In this document: piece after piece, positions 29,327 through 44,049 of the stretch
Layout: each line of letters starts with the position of its first letter
How positions within the stretch are numbered: the stretch's first letter is position 1
NCBI GenBank assembly: GCA_963833095.1
Contig: CAWHWQ010000008.1
Span: forward strand, 165,906 to 229,905
Direction of reading: 5' to 3'
DNA from: Vulcanimicrobiota bacterium
GTDB taxonomy: Bacteria > Vulcanimicrobiota > Vulcanimicrobiia > Vulcanimicrobiales > Vulcanimicrobiaceae
DNA: 64,000 nt
Translations under genes and position numbers: made by a program
Notes under the pieces: model-generated
What the model saw: only the letters and a program-made list of their open reading frames with translations
What the model was told of the DNA's origin: nothing
The model's database searches: none

Positions 29327-30443
29327 ATGAAGTTTACCTGTAACACCAAAGACATCGCCTCGGCGGTCGGCGCCGCCAGCAAGGTGGTCAACGCGCACAC
29401 GACGGTGCCGATTCTCTCGAACGTGCTCTTGCAAGCCGACGACGGTAAGATCGCGGTCCGCGCGACCGATCTCGAGCTGACGCTCGAACACGCGTTCCCG
29501 GCCGAAATCGCCGAAGGCGGCTCGGTCACGGTGCCGGCCAAGCTGTTCTCGAGCTACCTCGGCAATTTGCCGGCGGGACTGCTCGAGCTCACCGGCACGC
29601 CGACGCGGGCCTGCGTCAAGTGCGAACGCTGCAACTACGATTTTCACGCGCTGCCGCCGGACGAGTATCCGCCGCTGCCGGCCGCGACCAGAGGCTCGCA
29701 CTTCACGATCGCCGCCAAAAAGTTCCGCGACGGCATCGACGCGACGATCTTCGCCGCCTCGAGCGAAGAGGCGCGCGGCGCCGTGCTGATGGGGACGCTG
29801 CTCGAACTCGAAGGCAACTCGCTCACGATGGTCGCGACCGACGGATATCGTCTGGCGAAGTACCGACCACGCTCGACGACGGCCTGACCGGCGCCGCAAA
29901 ATACATCGTGCCGTCGCGCGCGCTGGCCGAAGCGGCGCGCAACCTCGGGCGGCGGCGATCAGATCGAGGTCAGCGCGCTCGGCGCGCAGAGCAATCAGCT
30001 GCAGATGACTTCCGGCGACACCTCGATCACGGTGCGTCTGGTCGACGGGCAGTACCCGAACTACGGGCAAGTCATTCCGGCGAAGTTCGACCGCTCGCGT
30101 CACGGTCAACACGCAGCGCTGATCGGCGGCCTGCGCCGCGCCGAACTCGTCGCCGGCGACCGCGCCTCCATGGTCAAGCTCGCGGTCGCCAATCAAACGC
30201 TGATCATCACGGCCAGCTCCGACGTGTCCGGCAACGCCTACGAAGAACTCGAAGTCGAACAGACCGGCGAAGATCTGACGATCGCGTTCAACGCGCGCTA
30301 TCTCGTCGAGATCCTCAACCACATCAAGAGCGCGCAGACCGTGCATCGAATTTCTCGGGCCGCTCTCGCCGGCCGCGATCCGTCCGCTCGAAGCCGATCG
30401 AAGGCGCGCAGCAGCTCTACGTGCTGATGCCGCTGCGCAATAA
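29327..30443 (+). CDS. dnaN: DNA polymerase III beta sliding clamp; apparent frameshifts
   Basis: MKFTC...PILSNVLL, ATDLE, VATDGYRL, RLVDGQYPNY, IAFNARYL, YVLMPLR. Confidence 0.96.
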
Positions 30444-30448
30444 GCTCG

Positions 30449-31550
30449 GTGCTCGACTCACCGCGCTGCTGGCGCTTTCGAACTTTCGCAACTACGCGGA
30501 GCTCGATTTCGAGCCGGCGCCGGGGCTGAACGTCTTCGTCGGCGCGAACGCGCAGGGCAAGAGCAACCTGCTCGAAGCGATCGCGATGCTCGGGACCGGC
30601 AAATCGTTTCGCACCAGTCGCGATGCCGACGTGGTGCGCGAGGGGCTGGAACTTGCGGTCGTGCGCGGCGAAGCGCGCGATGCGCGCCGGCAGCGTGAAT
30701 CTCGCGTGCACGATCGTGCGCACCGGCAGCGGCACGCGCAAGACCTATACGCGTCAACGGGCGCGGCGTCCGCTACGCGCGTTTCTCGGCAGCATTCGCG
30801 TCGTCACGTTCGTCCCGGCCGATCTGCAGCTCGCGCCGGCGCGCCGTCGCTGCGGCGCGCGCTTCTCAACGTCGCGCTGGCGCAAGACGACCCGCACTAC
30901 TATCGCGATCTGGCGCGCTACCGCAAGACGCTGCAGCAGAAGAACGCGCTGCTGCGCGGCCGACCGCGCCCGACCCCGAGTTGCTCGCGATCTACAACGA
31001 GACGCTGGTCGAAGCCGGCACGAGCTTGATGCTGGCGCGCAAGCATTTCGTGCGCGATCGCGCGCGAGGCGCGAGCGATGCACGCGCGCTGGACCGGCGG
31101 CGCGAACGCCTGTCGGTGAGCTACGCACCGAACGTCGCGTTCGAAGCGCCGACGGCCGAAGCGGTCGCGGGCGCGCTTGACGCGCGCTTGCGCGACCGTC
31201 GCCGAACCGAGCGCGCGCGCAAGAGCCGCGTCGCCGGGCCGCATCGCGACGACTCGAAGCTCACGCTCGACGGCCACTCGCTCGACGCCTACGGTTCGCA
31301 AGGGCAGCAGCGCACGGCGGTGCTCGCGCTCAAGGTTGCCGAATACGCGGTCATGCGCGAACGGGCCGGCGAAGCGCCGCTGCTGCTGCTGGACGACGTG
31401 CTCTCCGAACTCGATGACGAGCGCGCGGCGGCATTTCTGGCCGGCGTCGGCGCGTACGAGCAAGCCTTCGTCACGGCGACCCATCTGCCGGCGGGACTCC
31501 CGGCCGCGGCGCGGATCTACCGCGTCGAGCGGGCGGCGGTGCTCGCGTGA
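30449..31550 (+). CDS. recF: DNA replication/repair protein RecF; apparent frameshifts
   Basis: NFRNY...GANAQGKSNLLEAI, KSFRT, GPHRDD, GSQGQQRT, LLLDDVLSELD. Confidence 0.95.
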
Positions 31551-31556
31551 GACGGC

Positions 31557-32381
31557 TTGCTGAAGCCCTTGGCGGCGTGGGCACCGGCCGAGGGCGCCGG
31601 GTCGCGGATCCGATGGTGCTGCTCGGCGCCGCCTGGCCGGAGATCGTCGGCGAAGACGTCGCGCGAACTCGCATCCGGCGCAGCTCGACCGGCGACACGC
31701 TGTCGTCGTGACGCGCGTCGAGCGCGTGGAGCCAGCAACTGAGCTTCCTGTCCGAGCAGATCGTCGCGCCGCTGGCGCGCGGCTGCCGCACGCCGGCATC
31801 GAGCGCGTGCGCTTTCGCGTCGGGAAGCTGCCGGTTCGCAGCAGCCGTCGCGCGCGACGCGGGTTGAAGAACGCCGTGGCGACCGCGTCTGCGACGCGGC
31901 CGGCCGGCGACGCGCGCGAAGCGCTCGGGCGCTTTCGCGACCGAGCGTCGACGCCGCCGCAGCGGGCCAAACGAGCTCGCGGGTGGAAAGATTGTACGGG
32001 ATGCGGAGCCTTGATTGCGCCCGTTCCGGCGCTCTGTACGTCGTGCGGAACGCCGCGAGGCCGAGCGGGAACGAGCGATCGCGCGGCTGCTCTTCGAAGC
32101 GCCGTGGCTCGGACGCCGGGACCGCAGAGCTGGTCGAGGGTCTGCGTCAGGAAGAGTACGACGTCATCCGCCGCCGGTTGCTCGCGCGCTGGTGGGATCG
32201 GCTGCGCCGTGTGCGGCTGACGCGGAACTCTCTCGCGAGACGGCGCTGAGCGGCTGATCGCGAGTTCGTACGTTTTGCTCAAGAGCGAACTGGCACCCGA
32301 ACGGCTCACGCCCGCGACGGTGCGCAACGTGCTCGGCGACGAGTTGCACGACTTTTATACGGAACGGAAGAACGAAAACGA

Positions 32382-32390
<9 letters not shown>
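31557..32390 (+). CDS. DUF721/DciA-family protein with C-terminal CxxC..CxxC extension; heavily frameshifted
   Basis: [44 protein letters not shown]...[12 protein letters not shown]; between recF and gyrB. Confidence 0.7.
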
Positions 32391-34293
<1,903 letters not shown>

Positions 34294-34314
34294 TAGATTA
34301 GCCGGGAGGCCCCG

Positions 34315-37300
34315 GTGCCATCGGTGGGTATTTACCTTCTGATGCGCAGGCGGGCGGCTTTGGTCGTGGCGGCAATCGTTCTGGTGGCCGCGGGCGTGCT
34401 CGCGGTGAGCGGTCGCGCTGTCGTGGCCTGGGTCTTGCCCGGCCTGCTTGGTCTTGCAATCCACGGGAACGTCACCGTCGCGCAGGTCCACATCGGCGAC
34501 GGGCACCTTATTCTGCGCGGCGTGCACGCAACAAAGAACGGCGATCCGCTCTTCGATGCGCCCCAAGTTGAGGTCGACTATTCGTTGCGCGATCTGCTCC
34601 CGGGCAGTCACCATCGCTACGGCCTGCTCGGCGTTCGGATCGATCGTCCGGTCTTCACGCTCTTCCGGCGCGCCGACGGCAGCTACGATATTGCGCTTGG
34701 ATTCGCGACGCCGGCCGTGCAGCAAGCGCCCAACCGCCTCAACCCGGTGCCGATCGCGTTCTACCTCAACGTGCACGATGGGTCGGTTGCGCTACGCGAT
34801 CCGGCCGCGCTCGATCGACAAGCGCGCGCGATCAACATGCACGGCATCGAACTGCTCGGCACGATCAACACCGCGACGCGCACGCACTACAGCCTTATCG
34901 GGCTCTTTGCCGGCGCCAAACCGCAGCCGTTCTCGATAAAAGGAACGATCGACGAAACGCGCGGCTGGGCGATGCATCATGCGTGCGCTGCTGAGATTCC
35001 GCTGCGTCCGCTCGCGAATTTCTTCATCAATAATCGCGCGGCGCAGATCTTGGCCGGCCGCGCGACGGGCATCGATCTTCGCTATTATGGCTTGCGCGGC
35101 GCCGATCCCAACGGTCCGCTCGACCAACATCTCGGCGGCCAAGTGCGCATCTCCGGCACGGCTCTCCAGTTGGTCGGTCTCGCCCAACCGGTGCGTAACG
35201 TCGACGGCTATGTGGAGATGGTCGACGATCAGGTCTTCTTCCGCGGCTTGCATGCGCAGGTTGCGAACATTCCGCTCGAGGCGACCGGTGCTATGTTCGA
35301 TTTTGCCGCGCCACAGTTTCACATCGGCGTGAGTGCGCATGGAGATCTCGCGAACCTGCGTACGCTCTTTGTCTTTGCGCGCGATCAGGACGTCGAAGGC
35401 GCAGCGACGATCGGTATCGTCGTCGATGGCCCAGTGGGATCGCCGCGCGTGCGCGCAAGCGTCGAGGCACCCCGCGCATCCTATCGCGGCATCGCCTTCG
35501 AGCGGCTGCATGCCGATGTGCTTTACAGCAACAGCGTCGTCGCGCTCATGCCGCTCGAAGCGCGCGCGCAAGGCGCCGACTTCATCGTGCGCGGTGCGCT
35601 CGAGATCGGCGATCGCGTGCACTCGCGCTTGGCCCTGCACGTCAACGCGCCGGCCGACACCCTGCCGTACGCCGGCGAGCTAATGGGCACCGAACCGCTG
35701 GTCGGCGACTTCATGCTCGACGGCGAGGATACGAACTTTTATGGCTACGGCGCAATGCAATCAACGCGCGGAATCGCGCGGATGGCGGCAGTCGCGCATG
35801 CCGATCCGGGAGGAGTTCTCGACGTCGGGCCGCTGTGGATCGCAACCGGGCAGGGCACGCTCTACGGCGGCTATCATCTCGATCGCACGCGCGACGCCAG
35901 CAGCTTTTGGATTCACGCGCGGCATCTCGCGCTGCGCACGCCGGCACGCGCCACATTCTTGGGCGTCGCACTGCCGGCAATGCCCGCGCTCGACGGTATC
36001 GTCGATGACGCTACGATCGTTGGCGGCGGCCCCAGCGGCAATCACGCCTTGCTCGCCGGGTCGGTGCGCGCGCACGCGACGACGATTGCGGGCGTACGGC
36101 TGGACGCCGTGCAGGCACGTTTTGCCGGAACTTTAGCCAACGCAGCAATTGACCCGATCGTTGCGAGCGGACCGTGGGGATCGCTCTCGGGAAGCGGGGC
36201 GCTCTCGCTGAACACGATCGCCGTCCACGGAACGTATCGCGGCACGCTCCAAGGGCTGCGCCCGTTCATGAATGAGTTGCCGGCAAGCGGCGACGTCGCC
36301 GGCACGGCGTCGCTTGCGATCGGATCGCAAGGCATCATCGTGCAAGCCGACAACGTGCAACTGCGCAATGCGAACGTGCGCGGGATTCCAATCGAATCCG
36401 CGAGTGGAACGTTGGCGATTCGCGGCGGCATGCTGCGTGTCGAGAGTGCGCGCGCGCAGGTCGCCGGCGGAACGGTGGTTGCAGCGGGCGCGTACAATCG
36501 TGGCATCTCGCTCATCGCAACTCGACTTGACGGAGCGCACCTTCGTTCGCTCGGCGTGCCGCTCGAAAGCGGCGCGGTCGATGCGGACGGAACGCTCGGC
36601 GCCGGCTCACCGTTACCAACGTTCAATGGCGGCGTGGTGCTTGCCGGCGGGCATGTGCAGCGATTGGCGGTTGCCGGAAGCGGCCTCGTGGCGCTGCACG
36701 GGGACGGCGCGCGCCTCGATCACGTGGTCGGCGGAGTCGACGGAATCTACGCCGTCGCGTCGGGGAACCTTGCGGCGCTCACGTCGGGCGCGCCGCAGTA
36801 TCAGGTGAACGCGAATGTGCCGGCGGGCGATCTCAAGACGGCGATTGCGGATCTCGGCATCGCGGGCCACTACAGCGAGGGCACTTTTAACGCCGAACTC
36901 AACGTGCATGGCGCCGGACTCGACCCGCAGGTGAAGGGACCGATTGGGGTGCCTGCCGGCTCAATCAACGGATTATATTACATCGACGCAAGCGGCATCA
37001 TCGCCGCGGATCGCAGCGGTGTGATTCTCAACGACGGCGCAGTTAACGTCGGCACGACGCAGGTTGGTTTCAACGCGGCCGAGAGTCCCTCCGTGAGCGC
37101 ATTGCAACTTAACGCCGGACGCACCAATCTCTCCGATTTCAACAACTTCTTTGATACCGGCGACACGCTCGAGGGAAGCGGCAGCGTGCGCTTCGACGTG
37201 ATTTCGCAGGCGCACCGGCTTTCGAGCAACGGCAATATCTCGATCGCGCATTTCCGCTATCGCAATCTGCCGATCGGCGATACCAATGCGGTCTGGTCGA

Positions 37301-39492
37301 GCGCGCACAATGTGGTGCAGGGATCGCTCGACGTCGCCGGCGCGCAAGGCTCACTCCACTCGCGAGGCTCCATTGCGCTCGCAAGCGAGAATGAGTTTCT
37401 CCACATCCTGCGTGACTCGAAGTACACGATCAGCGCGGAGGTCGCGCAGCTCGATCTCTCCACCTGGGTCGCGGCGCTGGGTTATCCGCAAGTGGCCGTC
37501 ACCGGGTATGTCAACGGCAACGCGACGATCGACGGGCGCTATCCGACGATGCAGATGCGCGCGACCGCGAGCCTGGACCACGGAACGGTGTGGCGCTTGC
37601 CGATCGATGACGCGAGCGGAACGTTCTCATCCAACGGCGGGCGTCTGGTCATCGACCGGTTCGATCTTTCAGCGCCGGGTCTACAAGCCAGCGCGAGCGG
37701 AAGTCTGGGCTTTTCACGCGACGCTGCGCTAGCGGTCACGCTTCATGGAAGTTCTAGCGACTTGCCCACCCTTGTCGCGCAACTTTGGCGCGTGCAACTT
37801 CCCGTCAAGGGGACGTTCGAATCGACGTTGAGCATCGGCGGATCGATCGCCAACCCTACGTACGAAGCGGCGTTCGACGCGAAGAACGCGGTGCTCAACG
37901 GTGTCGCCGTGCCGTCGCTTTACGGCGCGCTGCAGTTGCACGGCAACGACATCGTCTTGCACGATGCGGGCGTCACGCTCGCGAAGGGCACGATCGCCAT
38001 TGCCGGCTCGGCGCCGATTCGCGTCAACCCGTTCGGCATCGGCCCCGCCGGCAAACCGATCAGCCTCGATGTGGACGTCAAAGGTGTCGATCCGAGCGCC
38101 TTTGATGCGCTCGTCGGGAACAACACCAAACTCGGCGGCACGATCGACGGATCGCTCGGCATTTCCGGCACGGTCGCAGAGCCGCGCATCACCGGAAAGT
38201 TCAGTGTGACCAAAGGCAGCTATGCAAGTGATTTTGAACGCACGCCGATAACCGCGATCGAAGCGTCAATGACCTTCGACCGCACCGCGGCCTCGGTCGA
38301 TAAGTTGCAGGCACGCTTCGGCAGCGGTACGGTTTCGGGTTCGGGACACGTCACACTCGGAGCCGGAGGAAGTTTCGCGGTAAACCTCGTCGCCAAGGGC
38401 GCGCAGCTCGATCTTCCGCAGTTCGGGAGCGGCGCGATCGATGCGAATCTCGCGCTGACGCGCGAGGCCTCCCACGACGCGCTGCTCAGCGGCACCGCGC
38501 AACTCTCAAACGCCACCATCCCTTTCGCCGCGTTTCTTGCCGCGACGCAGAAAAGCGCGCAGATCGGCGCTTCCCCGCTCCCGCTCGACTTTGACGTCCA
38601 GATGCGCGCCGGGAAAAATGTGCGGGTACGCGGTTCGGGTTTTGGCGCGGGCTTGGACATCGGGGCCACAGGCGGCGTCCATTTGGCGGGTAGCCTCGCT
38701 TCGCCCACGCTTTCCGGGAGCTTCGCCGCGACGACCGGCACCTTGACCTACTACGATCGCGCCTTTCGGGTGCAGCAAGCCAAGGTGACCTTCGACCCCG
38801 ACGCCGGGATCATCCCGACCCTCCATGCCACCGGCACCACCCACGTCTCCAACCCGGACCCCTACAGTGCCTACGGGTCAGTCGACGTCACCGTCGCGGT
38901 CAACGGTCCGGTGACGAACCCCCAGGTCACCTTCTCGTCGAGCCCGCCGGGCTATTCCAACGAACAGATCCTGGCAATGATCGCCCCCTTCGGCGGGGTG
39001 CTCCTCAGTGGTCTTTCCTACGCCCCCACCCAGCCGGGCGGCGGCGCGGTGGTGACGCCGGGGGTCACACCGGTCGGTTCGACCGCGAACCCGATCTCAG
39101 CCGGTCAGGAGGCCTTCAATATCCTCAACGCCCAGTTTTCTGCCGGCTTGCTTTCGCCGCTGGAGGGTGCGCTTTCACAGAGCCTCGGCAACGTCAACCT
39201 GACGATGGACTATTACGGGAACGTCGGGTTCTCCGCGTCACGTTTCCTCGGTAAGACCGTGAACTTCTTATATGCAGCGACCTTCGGGGTCCCGGAGCGA
39301 ACATCGTTCGGCTTACAGCTGGTCGGCGAGCGGTCGACGAGCGCCCAACTCTCCTTCTACTTTACGAACGGACCGCAACGGCTCGTTGAGACCCCGGTTG
39401 CCAACACGTCATCCAGCAACCGTCTCTCGGCGGGTCTGCCGGTACAAGGGGAGCAAGGCTTCGCATTCACGTTACAGCACCTTTTTTGGTAG
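34315..39492 (+). CDS. tamB: TamB/AsmA-like translocation and assembly module protein
   Basis: 1725 aa, N-terminal TM, repeated beta-taco-like segments, TamB-like C-terminus (VAVNGPVTNPQVTFSSSPPGYSNEQILAMI); directly upstream of bamA. Confidence 0.82.
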   Translation: MPSVGIYLLMRRRAALVVAAIVLVAAGVLAVSGRAVVAWVLPGLLGLAIHGNVTVAQVHIGDGHLILRGVHATKNGDPLFDAPQVEVDYSLRDLLPGSHHRYGLLGVRIDRPVFTLFRRADGSYDIALGFATPAVQQAPNRLNPVPIAFYLNVHDGSVALRDPAALDRQARAINMHGIELLGTINTATRTHYSLIGLFAGAKPQPFSIKGTIDETRGWAMHHACAAEIPLRPLANFFINNRAAQILAGRATGIDLRYYGLRGADPNGPLDQHLGGQVRISGTALQLVGLAQPVRNVDGYVEMVDDQVFFRGLHAQVANIPLEATGAMFDFAAPQFHIGVSAHGDLANLRTLFVFARDQDVEGAATIGIVVDGPVGSPRVRASVEAPRASYRGIAFERLHADVLYSNSVVALMPLEARAQGADFIVRGALEIGDRVHSRLALHVNAPADTLPYAGELMGTEPLVGDFMLDGEDTNFYGYGAMQSTRGIARMAAVAHADPGGVLDVGPLWIATGQGTLYGGYHLDRTRDASSFWIHARHLALRTPARATFLGVALPAMPALDGIVDDATIVGGGPSGNHALLAGSVRAHATTIAGVRLDAVQARFAGTLANAAIDPIVASGPWGSLSGSGALSLNTIAVHGTYRGTLQGLRPFMNELPASGDVAGTASLAIGSQGIIVQADNVQLRNANVRGIPIESASGTLAIRGGMLRVESARAQVAGGTVVAAGAYNRGISLIATRLDGAHLRSLGVPLESGAVDADGTLGAGSPLPTFNGGVVLAGGHVQRLAVAGSGLVALHGDGARLDHVVGGVDGIYAVASGNLAALTSGAPQYQVNANVPAGDLKTAIADLGIAGHYSEGTFNAELNVHGAGLDPQVKGPIGVPAGSINGLYYIDASGIIAADRSGVILNDGAVNVGTTQVGFNAAESPSVSALQLNAGRTNLSDFNNFFDTGDTLEGSGSVRFDVISQAHRLSSNGNISIAHFRYRNLPIGDTNAVWSSAHNVVQGSLDVAGAQGSLHSRGSIALASENEFLHILRDSKYTISAEVAQLDLSTWVAALGYPQVAVTGYVNGNATIDGRYPTMQMRATASLDHGTVWRLPIDDASGTFSSNGGRLVIDRFDLSAPGLQASASGSLGFSRDAALAVTLHGSSSDLPTLVAQLWRVQLPVKGTFESTLSIGGSIANPTYEAAFDAKNAVLNGVAVPSLYGALQLHGNDIVLHDAGVTLAKGTIAIAGSAPIRVNPFGIGPAGKPISLDVDVKGVDPSAFDALVGNNTKLGGTIDGSLGISGTVAEPRITGKFSVTKGSYASDFERTPITAIEASMTFDRTAASVDKLQARFGSGTVSGSGHVTLGAGGSFAVNLVAKGAQLDLPQFGSGAIDANLALTREASHDALLSGTAQLSNATIPFAAFLAATQKSAQIGASPLPLDFDVQMRAGKNVRVRGSGFGAGLDIGATGGVHLAGSLASPTLSGSFAATTGTLTYYDRAFRVQQAKVTFDPDAGIIPTLHATGTTHVSNPDPYSAYGSVDVTVAVNGPVTNPQVTFSSSPPGYSNEQILAMIAPFGGVLLSGLSYAPTQPGGGAVVTPGVTPVGSTANPISAGQEAFNILNAQFSAGLLSPLEGALSQSLGNVNLTMDYYGNVGFSASRFLGKTVNFLYAATFGVPERTSFGLQLVGERSTSAQLSFYFTNGPQRLVETPVANTSSSNRLSAGLPVQGEQGFAFTLQHLFW

Positions 39493-39598
39493 AAACCCCA
39501 GCATTTATGCGGTGGCAAGGACCGTCGGCAAGTAACGCGAACCTCGGCCCGCTGACCCTGTCACCCCACACACCCACAGTTAGGACACCAAGAATCGC

Positions 39599-41883
39599 AT
39601 GATCTTCGACCTTCGGCGCGCGCCACGCGCTCTGGTGCGTAGCGCGGGAGCCGTGCTCGCCCTCGTCGTCGCGTTTTCGATCGTCGCGCCTCCGGCGGCC
39701 CTTTCGGCCAATGCGCCCGAGATCGTTTCCGTTGACATGACGGGCAATCTGCACGTGCCGACGGCCACGATCATGCAAGTGGTTCAGGCGCGCCCGGGAG
39801 AGGTGTACGACCCGAAGATCGTTCAAGGTGATTTGCAGCGCATCAGTGCGCTTGGGTATTTCGCCGACATCGCTGCGCCGCTCATCCGCGCGCGGCCCAA
39901 CGGCGTGGCGATCACCTATCGCGTGATCGAATATCCGGTCATCACGAAAATCTCCTTTACCGGCGACAAGGCCGTGCCGCCGGACACGCTGCTCGCGCTG
40001 ATGGATTTGTCGGTCGGTCAAGTCTTCAATAGCAACACGTTCCGCTCCGACGTGCTCAAAATCAACAATTACTACGAGCGCATCGGATACGGCGGTCAAG
40101 TTGCCACGCACATCAAGAACATCAACTTCGATCCCAAGACCGGTGCGCTGGCGCTGACGATTCTAGAAGGGCTGACGGTCGCAACATCATTATCGGTGGC
40201 GACCCGGTGCTTCCGCCGAAGCTGGTCGTCAAGCAGCTTGCGCTCAAGCCCGGCATGCAGTACTCGGACCAAATCCGCGACCAAGGACCAAAAGCGCTTA
40301 AGAATTCTACGAAGAGAAGTGGCATATCGAAGTCGGTAATTTCGAGGGCGGCATCGAACCGTCTTCGATCGACGAAAAGAACGACACCGCCGACATGAAG
40401 TACAACATCTACGTAGCGCGCGTCGCCGCAGTGCAGATTACCGGCAACACCCGCACCAAGGACAAAGTGATCCGTCGCTTGCTGCGCGTTACTCCGGGCA
40501 TGGTCGTCAACACCGATTGGATCAAGGCTGACTACCAGCGCCTTAACGCGACCGGCTATTTCTCCAAGGTCAATCCAGACATTAAAGACGGTCCGGATCC
40601 AAAGAAACAGCAGGAAGTCACGATCGTGTGGCAAGTTACCGAGCAGCGCACCGCGCAAGCTTCGGTCGGCTTCGGGTACTCGGGCGGTATCACCGGCGAA
40701 GGGCTCTACGGAACGCTGGGCTTCCAAGACAAGAACCTGCACGGCACCGGCAACACGGCGTCGATTCAGTTCCAAAAAGGTGCGCGCACGGCGTCAGATA
40801 CGCTCTCGGGCACGATTCCGTATCTCGGGAGACACGCCGCAAGCTCGAAAAGTATTCGCTGAGCGCGAGCATCTTCTCGAAAAGTCGACCTACTATTATC
40901 CGGTCTACGGCATTACGTCGAATTCCATCGCGACCGGTCCCGTCGTCGGCGGAACTCCGGTTCCCATTCCCGTGACGCTGTATGCAACCAGCAACGCATC
41001 GCTAGTCGGCGACGTCGTCTCGACCAGCGAGTCGGCGCAGCGGCTTAGCGATGAGCCTGGGCCGCCGTCTTTAGCGACTACATGACCGCGTCGATCATCC
41101 GGCGATCTCGCAGATGAAGTACTCGACGACCGTGCCTAGCCCGTATTTCTTCCAGGGCTCGCAGCCCAACATGTTGGTCGGGCCGACGCCCAGTCCGCTC
41201 AAGTCGACGACCAAACGTTAACGGCATCTTCGGCATCGCCGCATCGTCGATCGCCAACGTCAACACGGGGCAATCCCTATCAACCTCAACACCGATCGCG
41301 ATTGAACCTAGGCACGTCGCCGATTACCGCTCGACGATCCGTACAATCCGCGGCGCGGCGTCAATGCCTCGTTCAGCGGAACGGTGTCGGTCGCCGGCGA
41401 TCGACTCGAACTTCAGTTCACCAAGGGACGCTCGAATGTAGCGCAAGTTCTTCCCGGTGTTGGTCGGCGACGCTCGGCTTTCCACGGGCTCGTACGAGAA
41501 TTCGACCGGCGTGATTCCACCGAATGAGCTCTTCACTTTCTCCGATCAGCAGATGCGCGGGTACAATACAGGTCTTCTACGCGACCGGCGCGTTCCTCGG
41601 ACAAGTCGAATTGCGGCAACCGCTCGACCGCGGATCGCAAACTCTCAGCGTGGCGTGTTCGTCGACGAACTCGACTATCCGCATCCGCGGCGCGTACCCG
41701 CTGCTCAATCCATACACCAACCGCATCATCGGATATCCCGGCAATTGGGTCGTTGTACGGCGACTTACGGCGCGGGCATCCGGTTCGACGTTCCGCAGCT
41801 CGGCCTTGCGCACGATTCGCATCGACTTCGCAAAGGGCGTGAACGGCACGCACACGAGCTTCGGCATCGGACAAAGTTTCTAG
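39599..41883 (+). CDS. bamA: Omp85/BamA outer-membrane assembly factor; apparent frameshifts
   Basis: Signal peptide, POTRA repeats (DLQRISALGYF; ITGNTRTKDKVIRR), barrel entry DKNLHGTG, MRGY loop, IRIDFAKG...FGIGQSF C-terminus. Confidence 0.88.
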
Positions 41884-41911
41884 TCATCACCCGTCGACTT
41901 AAGGAACAACC

Positions 41912-42718
41912 ATGAAACCGGTACGTATCGACCTTCTTCGCCGCGGCGTTGATCGCGTCTCGTTCGCGACCGGCTGCGATCGCCGCCGACGTCGCCGACG
42001 TCGGCCTCCTCGACCAGGCGGAGCTGGGCAATCCTGCCCGCATTCGTCACCGCGAACAAACAGCTGGCCGGCGTATAAGAGCCAGCTCGACGGCCAGTTC
42101 AACAACCAGATGAAAGGCGCCAGGACCGACGCCGACAAGCAGCGCATCCAGATCGAATTCCAGCAAGCGTCTCCAGGACAAACAGCACGAAATCGTCGGC
42201 CCGATCTTCAGCGCGCGCAACTCGCGATCGCGCAAGGTTAGCGTCGACGCAAGAAACTCTCGGTCGTCGTCGACAAGCGCATCGTGATCTACGGCGGCCA
42301 AGACATCACCAAGGACGTCGATCGCTGTTCCTGAGCTCGCAGGCGATCAATCCGCCGCACGGCGTCGCCGCGCCGTCGACAATCGGCTTCGTCGATCAGA
42401 ACGTGCTCGACAGACTCGCCGAAGGTGAAGAACGCGCAGCGATGCGCTGCAGAAGTTCAAACCGCGCCGCAGCGGTCTACGCGGCGATCGCTTCAAAAGC
42501 GCCACCAACGACGAAGCCAAGCAGCAGGTGTACGCGCGGATTCCAAGAAGACCGTCAAGGACAAAGAGAACAAACTGCTCAAGCCGCTCGTCGATGCAAA
42601 CCAAAGCCGCGACCGCCACGTGGCCGAAGAAGAACTGATCCTCGTAGTGGATCGTGCCGACGTGCTCTACGGCGGCACGGACATCACGACCGACGTCCAG
42701 AGTGAACTCAGTAAGTAG
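41912..42718 (+). CDS. Skp/OmpH-like chaperone with two tandem OmpH domains; apparent frameshifts
   Basis: Repeated termini VVVDKRIVIYGGQDITKDV and LVVDRADVLYGGTDITTDV; VGLLDQ / IGFVDQ domain starts. Confidence 0.75.
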
Positions 42719-42779
42719 ACTTCATCTGCCAAAGCTGAAGCTTTGTCAGTTAAAGTCGCGCGGCTTCGCTCGCGCCTGC

Positions 42780-44049
42780 GTAATAACGGCCGCAGCCTAT
42801 TGTGCGGCTGTTCGCATGTCGACGTTCACTCGGAGCAGGTGCGCGGAATCGCATACGTGCGCTCGACGAAGTGGTGAAACACCATCCGCTCTATCCGCAG
42901 CTCTCGCAGCTCGAACGACGCCATCGCCGCGATCAACTCTGAGGCGTCGGGTCCGCACGTGCCGCTGTCGGCCGCGCAAATGCGGCAGCAGGTCAAAGCC
43001 CTGAAGCGCAGCTACAAGCCGCGCAGAATCGCGCCAACTAAGATCTTCGGGGCAAACGCAGAGCAAGTACGCAGGAACTCGAAGCGCAGACCGTCGCGGC
43101 GGCGCTGGCCGCCGCCGGCGTCGATCCGGCTGCAGCCGGCCTCGGCCAAGCGATGAATGCTACCTCGCAAGCGCAGGCGCAAGCCGCCGCCGCCGCCGCC
43201 AACAAATTTCATGAGCTATCAGCAGAGCGTGATCGCGCAAGACAACGCGGCCGCGCAAGGCATCGCGCGCCAGCTGAGCAAACGCGAGCCGACGCAAAAA
43301 TTTCGCGCGAAGCGCCGAAGAACTGCAGCAGAACGAAACCGATCTCTCGCTGCGCCTCACGCAGCAGGACGCGGCGCAGCGGCTCGCCATCAAGACGCAC
43401 GCTTCCGACCTGGCAATGGACGACCACGCGCAACGAGCTGACCGACCAGCTGGCCGGCATCGACGCGAAAGAGGCCGAAGGTGAGACCGTTGCAGCGCCG
43501 CCGACGCAGGCGGCGCTGGCGACCTATCCAGGCCAGCTCAGCGCGCAAACCGCGGCGCGATCCGAGCGCAGCGATCGACCGTCCAGTCGCAGACCGGGCG
43601 CTAAGCTCGAAGAGCGGCGGAACAGGTCGGGCCGCAGATGCAGGGGCTCGGCGGTCCGCCGGTCGCGACGGCGAATCTGCCGGCCGGACCTGCGCCAAGC
43701 GTCTGCGGGCAAATTCACAAGCAATACGCGGCGCAGTTCCCGGCCGACTCGCAAAAGGCGGTCGAAGAGTACCAGGCGACGAAGAGCGGATCTCGACGAG
43801 CAGTTTGCGGCGCTGCACGGGCGGGCGCCACCGCGACCGGCGCGGCCGCAAAAGAACTCGACGACCTGCAAAAGCGACGTCAACGATCCTACAGAGCAGA
43901 TCCGGCGACCAGATCAAGCGCGAAACCAATGCGGATCGCGAAGGAGCAGGGATTCTCCATCGTCTTCGTAGACATCATGGCCGGCCGCAAACGGCGGCTA
44001 CGATATGACTAACGAACTCATCCAAGATGTCGAAAGCCTACACGAGTGA
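42780..44049 (+). CDS. Long coiled-coil protein with OmpH-like C-terminus; heavily frameshifted
   Basis: Ala/Gln-rich helical fragments ending RIAKEQGFSIVFVD...GYDMTNELI; start uncertain. Confidence 0.5.
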